A DNA stretch of 60,250 bases, filler included, from Hausera hauseri (lineage: Eukaryota), in NCBI GenBank assembly GCA_046269625.1. It is 10 parts of 10 records of this genome, joined end to end, with 100 filler letters (N's around TTAATTAATTAA, not from the genome) between each part and the next. Parts side by side here need not be neighbours in the genome. Positions count along the whole stretch, not along the records: positions 43,477 to 51,525 come from JBJURY010804309.1; positions 51,626 to 60,250 come from JBJURY010578781.1; 8 more parts are not named here. One strand, given 5' to 3'. Positions within the stretch are counted from its first letter, which is position 1; each line of letters begins with the position of its first letter. The notes under the pieces were generated by a model. The model did not search any database and was not told the origin of the DNA. It saw nothing but the letters and a program-made list of their open reading frames with translations. Positions 47,680 to 60,250 of this stretch are shown piece after piece. Both the position numbers and the translations under genes were made by a program.

Positions 47680-48758
47680 CAGTGGTTTTCAACCTTTTTT
47701 GGCTACAATTATTTTCCAGCGACTCCCACCCATTTTATATAAAAAGAAAAAAATTAAAATATTCAAAATCAAATTTATTCAATGAGAAGGCTGGCTTTGT
47801 ATTTTTTGCACATGTCATCAATTCTGGGCTTCATATTAGCACAGCGAGGCAATCTTAATTCATTTTCAACATAGAGCTTGTTCCTAAATTTTGATTTAAT
47901 CGAGAACGTAGCCCTACGACAGTCTCGCACGACCAAGTAAAAGCAAAGGGCAACAAAAGTCTAATGGCCAACAATACTGCATTGGGAAACTGAGATAAGC
48001 ACTAGCACCAAAATTCTCGTAGAGGAAGACTCCCAAAAATTGATTTGAATGAAAGGTTTTCAAAAATTTCCACAAGTTGCTCCATAACAAGTACATGAGA
48101 AGAGGCTCCAAACATTTTAACGGCGTCCAAAAATAATGGAGAAACGACCCAGAGTTGTTTGTTCAAGATCTTGAAGCTTTCATCAAAAAATTTTGAGAGC
48201 TGCATTTTCCAATTTGTAAGATATCACATAATCAATTCTGGGACATTTACTCCCAGTATGCTAAAGATACATCGTCTTGAATTGAGGAAATGAATCGAAA
48301 TTTTCGTTTTCAGTCATCTTCATCCATATGTCAATTTTTATCCGAATCCGCGTACACCTGAAGAGGCATAGACTACTGTCTGTTCGGGACCTTGCATACA
48401 TAAATTAAGCCCATTCAATTTTGCAAACATATCACACACACACAAGTAGGCCAATTTCATTATCCAGAAAGAATCTGTAAATTTGTCAGCGAATTCGTGC
48501 TTGTTGCTCCTAACAGATTGCTCAACTTCATCTTTTAATGTTTGAAGGCGCAGAAGAACATTGTCACGAGAAAGCCATGTAACATGAAAATAGAAAAGCA
48601 AATAGCTATACACGGACCTCATTTTGTCGCAAAGCGCAGAAAACAATCGTTGATTCAACGAGCGGCTTCTGATAAAGTTGACAATTGTTATGCAGTCAGA
48701 CTGTATTTGATGAAATTCTGGGAATTCCTTTGCAGTCAAAGATTATCTGTGAATGAAG
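47680..48758 (-). mobile_element. hAT Buster/Charlie (ZBED5/SCAND3-like) transposon 3' half, cut by an LTR insertion
   Basis: TIR CAGTGGTTTTCAACCTTTT preceded by TTTTAGAT; FIHR.SL.AK, VNFIRSRSLNQRLF..LC..M, WLSR.NVL.R, KLAYL.DMF.KLN.LNL.MQG, KSKFRNKL..E, SQPSH*. Confidence 0.92.
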
Positions 48759-51525
48759 TGTTATGAGTCAGACTGCTATTGTTAAGTAGCTGATTTGAAG
48801 AATTCGAAATGTAAATATTTATTAAACTTATAGAATTTGTAGTCGGCATAATGATATTCGTAAAAATAGACCATTATATCAAACATTAGAATATAATCAA
48901 AATAAACCTGAAATAAAATATAAACGATCAAAGTCAAGTCCGGCTGAAAAACTATATGAACAGCTCGCTAAAATTCAGAAGTTGAACAAGTTGAAATTGC
49001 GACTTCGGTTCGCAAAGCCTTCGATAGAGAAACTAATTCAGTACCTTACAACTTTTCGAAAGACTTATATTGCTGACATTATTATTGATCGATAACTCTC
49101 TGTTTACGATTTCGGTTGAAGTAGAAAAATAAATGTGATTATTTATTTGTGTTTTCCTCAAACTACATAGATTTCCATCGTCCCTTAAGGACGATTTGTA
49201 TTACACTAAGGTCAAAATACGACTTAAAATTCATAGTTAGGACGAGATATTGTAACGTGAGACATTCAATTAACACACGCAGTACCCGCAATCAGTTAAA
49301 TTATCTTCTAAAATTCGTAAGGCACAAGCAGATTACTCAAGAACGAGTAATCCTAACCTGCTTAAAAAGCGATATAAATTAGTAAAACGTTGTTATAGTG
49401 GGAGACGTTTAGGGCCACATCAACTGTAACATACTTGGCGAACCTAGCAGGACAGTTTGTGCCTCGCGAGACTTGACTCTTGAGAAACCAATTAACGACA
49501 TACCGGCGAATAGCGCCATCTACATCAAGTAATTGATTTAATAGGAATCGAAGTTTAAAATTTGAGATTGTAAGTTGATAGAAGGGATTAAGTAAAATTG
49601 AATTGAGAGCAAACATTGATAGGCTCAATTTGAATCAAAACTTATTAGTAAACGGTAGAAAGGAACTTAATCGGAGAGAGACACGAAATAGACTTTATAC
49701 GGAAGGTAAGATAATAGATAAGCACTATCTGTCCGATACAGAATTCGACTCTGTTAGAGAATTTAAAGTTCCAACTAGAACTATTGTAGACAAAACGAAT
49801 AAAATTAAAATGGAAACAGATAATCCAGCGGTAGCTCAACAACTTGATATATTCACGTTCGACTCGTTAAATTTACCCGCACACGACAGACACCCGGATG
49901 GGTTAAATGATTTTCTAAGGACTTACAAATTGCATGCAGATGGTGCCGGTCTTGCAACCGAAGTCATGATCAAACGATTATCATTATATCTAAAAAACTT
50001 GGCTGCAGATGCCTATAGTGAATTGACTAATGAAGAGAAGAAATCATGGTCCTCAGTAGTAGGAGCTTTGAATCGTAAACTATTGCCGACAGTTACGCCA
50101 CAACAGAAGCTGATGGCTTTCCAGAGCAGAACACAACAAAAGGGTAAATCGGTTACGCAATTTGCATTTGCACTTAAGAAACTTGCTAATAGTTACGCAA
50201 GCACGTTAAGGATAGCTAATGCTGCAAAGGCAAAGTCAGACGCAGAACGTAAAGCTGCAGAGAAGGCGAGTCCTCCAGATCTGGATGTTATGATGACAAC
50301 GCAGTTAATAAACGGTATATAGTCTAGGGATTTAGTTAAGCAACTAATTTTAGCTCGTCCAGACAATTTCGAGACTGCGTTACAGTTAGCGCAAAACTTA
50401 GAAATGGCACTAGGTAGATACGCCAAACAGAACGATAGATATGATCAAAATAATGATCGTGACAATTGAGATAGAAACCGAAACAATGAGATTTTATGAT
50501 AATAATAAAGAACGAAGTTATGAGAATAGAACTCAAAATGTCCCTAATCGCAGATATGACAATAGGAACTTTGGTGATAATCGGAACACATACAATCCTT
50601 ACAACCAAACAGGTTATAATCCGAATAGAAACCAGAATAATGACCGAAATAATAAAAGCCGATATATAGGTAATCGGAGTTTTGAAAATAGAAATAACGG
50701 ATTCGATAAACAAGCTCAAGGCAAAATAATGGGTAGACCCAAATCACCAGTGAATGAAGAAGGAAGACAAAGGATCAATCGAGACGGAAATCTAATTGTT
50801 ATTCATGCGGTAAGGAAGGACATATAGCTAGATCATGTCCTAATCCACGGAGTGTGTCATTTGCAGAGACTAGCAAAGCTAACACAATAAAAGATAATTT
50901 GGAAGGAATCTACGGAAAACGAGGTGACATAAGCATGATTATTGAAATGCAAGACTTACGAAGGTATGTAAGAAATATGGGTAAATCTAATAATCCACAA
51001 GTAATCAAGGCTAGAAAGGAATATGAAGAGAGGTTGCATCAGATGGAAGTTTATCATGGATTAAGAGAACCAACAACGGAATACGAAAAGGCTATAGCGA
51101 CTAAGAATACTAATATGGCCAGAAAGAAAAACCTAAATCCAATGGCAAAGCCAACTACGCCTCCAAGCATAGATTTGGATGCAGATATCGAGGTCGCGCC
51201 TATGGACAAGGACAAAGTAACACTGGATGTTGAGGTTGCACCTCAAGATAAGGATAAAGCATCAAATGAGGTTGAAAGCGAATTTATTGGCCGACTGATA
51301 CTTAAGATAACAAAAAATAGAGGTAGAAGCCCCTCTCTTAGGAGAAGGTTTAGAAATCATTCACGATCACCTATTAAAAGGGATGTAGAAAAAGAAGAAG
51401 ACTTTACTATCACTTTAAGAGACGAAACAGAGTTAGACGCTCCTGTTAGAGTACAAGACGCTCTGGAAATAACGAACATTCCGAACATTGAGGAAATATA
51501 TGAAATATGTCCATTACCATCTACC
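48759..51525 (+). mobile_element. Second copy of the extended-gag LTR family: LTR 48759-49431, PBS 49436-49453, gag
   Basis: TGTTA...TAACA, PBS TGGCGAACCTAGCAGGAC followed by AGTTTGTGCCT as in copy 1; gag closely similar to 35826-37500 (LNDFLRTYKLHADGA, EVESEFIG.L.LKITKN.GRSPS, EICPLP). Confidence 0.9.
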
Positions 51526-54140
51526 NNNNNNNNNNNNNNNNNNNNNNNNNNNNNNNNNNNNNNNNNNNNTTAATTAATTAANNNNNNNNNNNNNNNNNNN
51601 NNNNNNNNNNNNNNNNNNNNNNNNNCACCGCTCAGCGACAAGGAGTTATATCATAACCATCTTTCAATGTATCCGCCTAAGATATTATGATAAACGTTTG
51701 ATTGTCATTGCATGTCTTTTGTGAGCTACACAAGTAAGCTGTAACAAAGTGTCGATTCTTTTCATCGACCATGACAAAACTTACAGTGTTCATAAAAATA
51801 ATTGTTATTAGAAAAAAAAAAAACTCACTATTACCTTTTTTTTCAAGTACTTTCAAATATACCTTCATTAAAAAAATGATTTTAAAATAGTTATCAATGT
51901 TTAAAGTCAATACATTCCCTTCTCGACTCGCGCCTAACCCATTGATATGACGCTCCCCAGGGGACACACTACCGAGTTTAAGAACTGCTAGTTTAAAGTG
52001 TAAGAGTATTGACCAACTAATTAGTCAATATGTTTTACAAATAAAAACCAGTGTTTGTCGAAAGAAGGCGGAAATACTTAGCATATTCTAATCCGTTAAA
52101 TCGATACTGAGCAGCCCACAGTTAAATGACAATCCTAAACTTTATGCACATGAGCCAGAACTGTCATAGGTACCGATAACGCGGACATTTTTTACTGCTG
52201 AAACTCCACATCACTCAACGATTGCGTGGTCTTACAAAAACGTGCTTCCACCAGCAAATCGCTTTGTTTCCGTTCGCTCCATTCGTCTAGTATTTCTAAG
52301 GCTCCGTTTATGTCTGCGTTTTCTCTTTGGTAAATACAATGATTTATGAAAAATAAACAGTTCTTGGTCTGAAATATATCGATTTAATATTGAATTATTT
52401 AAAAATACACTTCTGACCGAATGTATAAATAATGACGATTTGAAATCCGATCATTCTGTTCGTTTTCAAAAATCAAGTGACAAATTTTATACAAATGGTT
52501 ATCCACCATTTTCTAATGGTAAATACGATAATTCAATAGAACTGATCAAATCTAAATCGCTAATTAAAGTACTTGAAGAACTGTTGAATTACTATCAGAA
52601 AGAGGCACATCTAATGTCTCTAAATGGCATATCGAAATCTATAAAGAAATTAAACGATTAAATTTATGGCACTGAGGCATCATTATCAAATCAATTAAGG
52701 AACGAAATTTAAAAAGTAAATATACTTAAAGACGTTCTGGATTCAATAAAACATTTGGAGGATTATGTAAGACTAGTATATTTTTTTGAAGTAACAGTAA
52801 ATATATCGGAAACAAAAAGCTGTGCACAAACTTATTAAAAACTAACAATTTTTATATATTCTCGACAATTACTATGTTTAAATCTTGTTATACGCGTACA
52901 TCCTATTTCATTACACGTAGTGATCATTGTCGAATTTGAATCAGGCCCAAATAACTTACCGTACTAATTATCTGTCGCAAATTCTCCATCCCTATACATA
53001 CGGATTAAGTAAGAATGCAAATTATTTTATACATTTCAAGTACTTCCCCAATATTTGACATTGGCCAAACCTTGCTGTCTATTGAGAACAATGAATCATT
53101 AGCGAAGTATTTGCTAATCGTGAACAGAGTCAATACAAACTCAGCCAAGTCATTTAACGTTAAGGTTGAATATACCATTCAATCGACACATCACAGCATA
53201 TACGTAATTCTGATTTTACATCGAAATTTCGCCGATTTCAAACTACAATGCGTGATTTGCAAATTTCTTAAAAAAATTAAGAGAAAGCGACAGAAAGCAC
53301 CTATAGGACGTTGGCAAAATACTCATCGACAAGTAGTAAAATTGGTGAGTCATCGAGACAGTATTATAATATTTTACAGCCCATTCACCGAGAAAAACAT
53401 TAGTATCACGTAATGTATCGGCCATTTTTAAATATTTAAACATTACGGCTATTATTGGAGGGAATAGTTGTGAAAAATCAACACTATTAAATATTCTGAA
53501 AAATGTTTGCCATCAAAAGCAGATATGTACATTAAGGGAACTATTTTCAGACGAAATATTCGGCATTTGCTGAATATATATCCGTGAATATTTATACCAT
53601 GTCGAAATTGTTGAATTTCTAACTGTTTTTGAATATTTTTGATCGAATTTTAGAATAAACGAACTCGAAACTTCGAAATAAACTATTGAAACAACGAAGA
53701 CAATTTCGAAATTTTCTTCAAATAAACCGGTTATTCCACCTCCAATTTATTTAATTCAGCCAATAACAATTCGATCGCATACTGTACAGCAAAGAAACTC
53801 AATGATCTCGTGCTCTACAGCCGTTATGATTTCCCTGGTTAGAAAGACCAGTCATTACAATATAGCGATTTTCGGTGCGACCGTGTCCCCGGTGGCACAC
53901 CATACCTTGACATAACACCCACCTTTTTTTCTATTTTTCTTTTTTCAAAATAAACATCCACACACACCGCACACACGCTAAAGCGACAGTATCAGATTTG
54001 TTTGTAGATTTGGCTCATCGCATTAACTTAAAAGGCTACACTAAGCATAAACGGATACTATCTTTATTATTCCGATTTAATATTATCCTTTTTATCCTCA
54101 TATTCATCGCTAATAATTACCTTATGTCATTGACTACTCG

Positions 54141-57100
54141 GTGGTTTCGACATTAAAGGAACTCACCGATATTCCCACCATACACGTTCCTCTAAAGCCA
54201 TTCCCTGTAGTTCTATCTGCAGCATCCTCTTTGGTCAACTTCCCTTGTGTCGACTATTTTATCGACAGGCAATACTTCAGCCGGACGTGGTTAGACTTTC
54301 ATGCGGCTTGGTTGAAATCAAATAATATTGTCGACTCATTCTTTAAAGCAAACAGTTTGCTGATACGCCTGCCTTCCAACACTAAGTCACAACTTTCCAA
54401 CCTGTCGGATATTTTCCAAAGTAGTAACCCATATAAAACGCTCTAGCGCTATTTTAAACATTACCGAACGATTCCTAAATAACATCATCCATAAATACTT
54501 TAATGACAACACCATAGGAACATTGAAACCCTCTGTATTTCTACAAATCTCACTAACACAATTGAGTACCCTTGGCGTTAATCAAGCAAATAACGCTGAT
54601 TTACTACGCAGGTACTTTCTACAGTCTTTACCAAGAGACATACGCGCACTATTGACAATAGTAGAGGACACCGTCATTACAAAAATTAGCGCAACTGGCT
54701 GACAAAAGCCACGAAATTTTACATGCACATACATCCCCATTAGTAGCCACTACGTTACATGCACCAATAACTCAACAAGATAGTGACATAGCTAATCTGA
54801 ACTCAGATAAATTCTTTACGCGCCGAAAACGCCAACATTCACCAAGCAATTTCTGCACTCGCATCAAAAATCGAAGCTTTGACCATGCCTAGACGAAATT
54901 GCCCCGATGCAAGCCATAGCCACACCTCATCTCAAAATTCAAGACATGCGAGGTCACCTACACGGTCAATGGTATGTTACTACCACACCAAATTTAAAGA
55001 CAACTTCACTAAATGCTGCTTCGGTTGCAGATTTTATGCTCCCCATTTCAAACGACCTGAAATGATCTGTATTTATCATAACAAATTTAATTCTAAAGTA
55101 CATAATTGCGTTACAGGTTACACTTTTGTTAACCAATCTAATTCACCACTACCTACCTTTTCCAACAATATAAATCCTGTGCCTCCAAAAAATTCATAAG
55201 GTCACCAGATGTTTCGGCACATGTTGGTACAGCAAACGTTTTCATCATGATAGCCGTACTTATGCCGTTTTTACACTAAAGTTTCTTTAACTTCCGAAGC
55301 CAATCAACCCATCAATTTCCTAATTGACTCTGGCGCTGCCATTTCTTTGTTACCACCATCTATCAAAACACCATTCATCTCACCATCTGACACTAAATTA
55401 TACACAGCTAACGGCCAAGCTTTACTCATTTTCGGCACGTCCAAGGTTTTATTCACTTTACCACCATTCTCAGACATTTTTAATTGGACACTCCTCGTTG
55501 CCGACACATAATCTCCAATACTTGGATCTGGTTTCTTATCTTTCTACAACCTCCTTGTAGATTTTAGACAACGTCGGATCATCAAAATCAGTTCTACAAA
55601 TCCTACCTTTACAAATAACCAACAAATCACGCAACCTATCTCGCCTATAAAATCGATATTAAAAGAACCATCAGACGACGCAAATAAGAACTCCATTAAT
55701 ACCAATATAAATAATCCAACGTTTTTGTTGCAGTCCGGAAATAGAGGAAGAAAAAGAGTTAACAAGGATAATTTAGGCGACTCGATTTCTAGCGTTTCAC
55801 ACACTATGTCCAGTCAAACCACTGTGGTGACAAGAACAGCCTTTACTATGCTTAGCCAAGAAATGCAACAATATCTAACCAAATCTTGTTTCAATACAAT
55901 TAAGAAAAACTCGGCATTTCGACCGACTAACACGACGTTTCATCATATCATCACAGAAAACCTTAGGCCAGTTAAGCAGAAACTCCGCCCACTTTCACCA
56001 CGCCGTCGACAGGCAGTACAAGCGGAATTCACAGTACTCGAGCAAGCAGGCATCATAAAACGATCTAAATCACCATGGGCATCACCACTCCACGTCGTCC
56101 CAAAGAAATATGGCACATTCCGTCCATGCGGTGACTATCGACAACTTAATAATGTCACAACCATGGATGCTTATCCTCTACCGTTAGTTAAGGATATATT
56201 GCATTTTTTACACAAGACTACGATTTATTCAGCCATAGATCTTGAAAAAGCCTACCACCAAATACCGGTAGCACCAAAATCCATCCCAAAAACGGCCATT
56301 ATAACACTTTTTGGTCTTTTCGAATACGCATTTATGCCGTTCGGTTTAAAAAACGCAGCACAAACTTTCCAACGCACATCGATTCAGTTCTTTCAGGTTT
56401 GCCATTTGCATATCCATACATTGATGACATACTAGTCGCATTGGCATCGCCCAAACAACACGAAGAACATCTGAGACTAGTTTTCCAACGCTTGCACAAC
56501 TACAATTTTCAAGTGAACTTTTCTAAATGTTTCTTGTTTCAGAAAAAAGTAAATTTCCTTGGCCACGTCATCACACATGACGGTCACAGTCCAAAGCCTG
56601 ATAGCATTTATCAATTACAAAACATCGAGCTACCAAAAACCACTACTGACATGCGTAGTTTCCTTGGGACTTTACATTTTGTCCACAAATACGTCCCACA
56701 CTAGCCAGTTAACTGCTCCTTTCGCTGAACTAGGAGCAAGGCCGAAGAAAAAGCTTATTAACCAGTTTGATGAACTTCGCAACAAGCTCAAAACAGTCGA
56801 AATTTTAGTCTATCAAAAACCTGATGCTGACCTCATTCTAACAACCGACGCATCAACTACAGCAGTAGGAACGGTTCTTCATCATATATCTCAAGGTACA
56901 AATGAACCGTTAGAATTTTTTTCGCGAAAGATGCAGCCACAGGAACGCCGCTATTCTACATTCGATAGAGAACTCTTGGCTATTGTTTTAGCTCTGAAAC
57001 ATTTTTCACACCTGCTTATCGCTCGTTTCTTCACCATTCAAACTGACCACAAACATCTCGTTCACGTAATGAACATGAAACAACCATCACACCGACAAGA

Positions 57101-58340
57101 ACGTCATATCTCATATCTGTCAACATTTAACTTCAAAATTCGCCATATTTCCGGCACAGACAATTTAATAGCCGATTTCTTATTACGTTTAGTTGGAGCA
57201 ATTAGCTTCACACCAATATTTTCAAAAGACCAGTTAATCCAAAATCCACCTTCTAATGAAATCCTTAGACAATACAAATCCGTGCAAATCATCTTTGGAA
57301 TAGCCACGGATACTTCGACACTTGGACAACATTTTCCAATTTTGGCACCTCCTCTTCAACAAACTGCATTTCAACATGTTCATTTTTTGCATCACCCAGG
57401 TTCCAAGGCTACATTCCGCCTTCTCAAACGCCACGTAACATGGACATCAATGAGGTCTGATGTACAAAATGGGATTAGGCAATGCGTAGGTTGCCAAAAG
57501 TTTAAAATAGCTAAATATCTTAAACCACCATTATTCCATTTCCCATGTACACCCGCTTTGCGTCAGTTCACACAGATATCGTTGGCCCATTACCTTCCGA
57601 TAACGGCCACAAATTTATCTTAACAATGATGCACTGCGCGTCTCGTTGGCCTGAAGCCGTACCTTTGCGCTGCATCAATATAGACTCCATAGCCGACGCA
57701 TTTATAAGGATTTGGATTAGCCGGTTCGGTTCACCTTGTTATATAATTACAGACCAAGGTCCCCAATTTGAATCAAACCTATTCAAATCTTTAGTTAAAT
57801 GACTGGGCATAAATTACATACACACAACTCCATATGAACCCCAGTCGAAAGGCTTATTGGAACGCTTTCATCGCACTCTCAAGATCTCTTTAAAAATCTT
57901 GGCCGAAACCAATAAGAATTGGACAATCATCCTCCCTTTTGTTTTACTCGGGTGGTGCAACACACCGTCTACCACCACCGGTTGGCACCCACTGAAGCAC
58001 TCTTCGGTACCACAATTCGGGCACTTTTTGAGCTCACCGACTTGGACAAAACACCAATTGACGAAATTATTACATCCGCACAAAACCATTTCATACAATT
58101 AAGCCAGGACTCTTTCTGCAAAATAGTACATGGAGACAAAACGTACATACCTGATAAGCTATTTGACGCAAAGTTTGTGTGGATAAAAATCCTTTACCTG
58201 CAGGATTCCAACCAAACTATTTAGGACCATTTAAAGTCCTTAACCTAAGTTCACACACAGTTACAATACTCAAAAAGTAATAAAGAACAAAACGTACACA
58301 TAACTAACGTAAAACCTGCATTCTTCATCGATGACACCTG
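54141..58340 (+). mobile_element. Near-complete decayed Ty3/Gypsy of CsRn1-like type: gag, protease, RT, RNase H, integrase
   Basis: G.LKPSVFL, CYYH-x9-C-x3-C gag motif, FLIDSGAAISLLP, PWASPLHVVPKK.G.FRPCGDYRQLN, YIDDILVA, LTTDAS, HFLHHPG, VHTDIVGPLP, ITDQGPQFES, ERFHRTLK; PPT-like GGAGGTAG|TGT near 58761. Matching LTR pair not found. Confidence 0.95.
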
Positions 58341-59769
58341 AATTTTCAGCTGAATCCACATAAACCTTTCTTGATTCTTTCAATTTTTCTGCCACCCTAC
58401 CTACACGAGAACCCGCTACTCTAAAACCTGCATCAATTCAAAAGACTACTCTAAACGACATGCCGACTATTTCCCAAGCTGCTGACACGTCAAATCAAAA
58501 TTAAATTTCTCCCATCCAACTCAGCAAGCAATCAAACAACACAGTAAGAAACATAAGATGGTTACCTTCAGGAAATACAGCAGAGAACAGAATGTCGACA
58601 AAATTCAACGCCTTGTCCATAAAAAGATGCAATAGCTTATAAAAAGTATTCTTTCCACGTTTTTGTTTTAATCACATCAAAAATTTGCTTCTTTAATTAG
58701 TTCGCCTACACCTCACTGCTTTGTCTTCCTGCTTTCGCCCCAACAGTGTCATTTTACAACGGAGGTAGTGTGGAACCGCGGAATCGGGCGCTAGCACAGT
58801 CCAACAACCCGTAGGAACAATGGACATCAACAAACGGAATACTGAATGCAAAATCTCATTTATTATAAATAGCTCCAATATGCACCTCAAGGTATGAAAC
58901 AAAACTCAATTTATTATAAATTACACCAATAACAACGAAGAGCGACGATCGACTCGATTTATAAATTCGTAGAAGTTGCAAATTCTTACCGATAATTTAA
59001 GATTTATATATTCAACAAAGTTCGATTGAGATTTAATTAAAAAACAATTTTAAATACCTCGGCTCAGTTCGAAATGCTATTACCACGACCAATCGCCATT
59101 TAATCAAATTGCCGCCAAATTTCTTATTTGGCCTGAGCCGACTTTATACGTTAGGCCTTTAGCTCTAACAGTTTGACGGATATTTCCGATCCATTTCAGG
59201 TTTTATTAAGTAATCTCAAAATCTTGAAGATAAATTCTAATCCTATTAAAACTTTCAAACCATTTTCGTTAAAGAAAATCGAATTCAGTTGTAACAAAAT
59301 AAGAAAGCGTAACAATCTATCGTCAGTTTCAGCTGTCAATCGGTATAGCTGCAGAGCAGTGAAACGTATTCTAATGAGTAACAAATCTTTAACTCAGTGT
59401 TCAACAAAGAGAACCAATTCACCGTTTGATTTAAATTAATGTGAAGACGGCAGCAATCTGTTTTTCACTTAACTGTGTCCAAATTGGAAATATAACGTTT
59501 ATTTTATATTTTCTGTGTTTAATGGAATTTCATTGTTATTGTGAACACGCTTTCTTTGTTGTTTTCGGTTCTTAGCGGCAGGAATTTTGAGATTGGATTA
59601 TTATATTTTGTGGTTAATATGGATAATGCATGATAGAAAAATAGATTGATTTTTTAAATTATTGGAATTTTGAATGACAAATAAAACTTTTCTGTAGTTT
59701 CGCATTATTTATCAGTTCGTATTAATGAAATTTATTATATGCAAATTTCATTTTAATGTTACAAAGAAA

Positions 59770-60250
59770 ACAATGGTGTCAGTGGAAAATATGGTAGACT
59801 ACTGCAATTATTATAAAAATGCACCTCTGAAAAAACTAACAACGTGTTTGGCAACTATGAAAAAGTCTCATTTTGAGGAAGATGTTATTAGTTGCTTGGT
59901 TGTTGGAACAGAAGCTTGTCAACTGCTCATTATTGATCCGAAAGCATTCACAATTCTTTTTGCTATTACTCTGGAATCTGTTCCTGTTTTTCTGTCTTCA
60001 ATTGATTTATACGATGTTGAATTTTGGCTGTATATAGTTTGTCGCAATGGTTGTATTTATGTTGCGAAAAGAGGCGATCAAAATACACGAAAGATTGTTC
60101 AGTTAAATACTCAAATCATTGGTATGTTACGAATTAATAAGAGCTTGATAGTTGGCTGTATGGATGATACGTTACGGTGTTATAGTCTAAAGGCCGAGAA
60201 GTCTGGCGGAAACAATTACCATGATCACTTATCAGCATGACGTTATTTGA
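59770..60250 (+). pseudogene. BBS1: BBS1 (BBSome subunit) internal fragment, apparently disrupted
   Basis: TMKKSHFEEDVISCLVVGTE..LLIIDPKAFTIL..LESVPVFL...YDVEF.L...CRNG.IY..KRG; after YSLK the homologous G..VW...LP continues in another frame and hits TGA. Confidence 0.85.

Noticed and set aside
50320-50322. TAG in gag as programmed readthrough
   Set aside because: The other copy has TGG (Trp) at this site, so it is a simple nonsense mutation.
5570-51625. Regularly recurring TTAATTAATTAA flanked by Ns, and any gene neighbourhood across it
   Set aside because: Artificial concatenation linker; not a biological repeat or CRISPR array. ORFs ending in X..LIN are artefacts.
52340-53600. Coding-like fragments, including a possible GPCR remnant
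   Set aside because: Multiple stops and no diagnostic motif.
53820-58920. Paired LTRs for the CsRn1-like element
   Set aside because: Sequence after the putative PPT (58769 onward) does not match the region upstream of gag by eye, and no clear PBS was found.

Overview
This window is not one locus. It is 10 unrelated eukaryotic contigs joined by 100-nt artificial spacers (N44-TTAATTAATTAA-N44) at 5570, 10347, 15011, 19623, 28411, 32841, 38804, 43377 and 51526, so adjacency across a spacer means nothing. The source looks like an AT-rich, ciliated metazoan with very short introns (36-73 nt seen); the species cannot be determined from sequence alone. Host genes: a complete RPB1/POLR2A (about 2580 aa) with a highly unusual CTD, most of striatin, a 3-exon TMEM42 and the last exon of a retinol-dehydrogenase-like SDR. 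The rest is mostly decayed mobile DNA: two CsRn1-like Ty3/Gypsy copies, two copies of a second LTR family with a greatly extended Gag, three Polinton-type protein-primed PolB remnants, and pogo, hATm-like and Buster/Charlie DNA transposons. There are also mosaics of host gene fragments (SR-RRM+UBR4+CDC5L; TGF-beta type I receptor+DUSP10) and a frameshifted BBS1 piece. The most notable signals are (1) an RPB1 CTD rebuilt as about 10 higher-order 'diheptad + spacer' modules, (2) gene-fragment mosaics beside pPolB remnants, (3) the long repeat-bearing Gag, and (4) an 830-bp foldback element next to a hammerhead-like motif. All family assignments come from motif recognition by eye; no searches were run.
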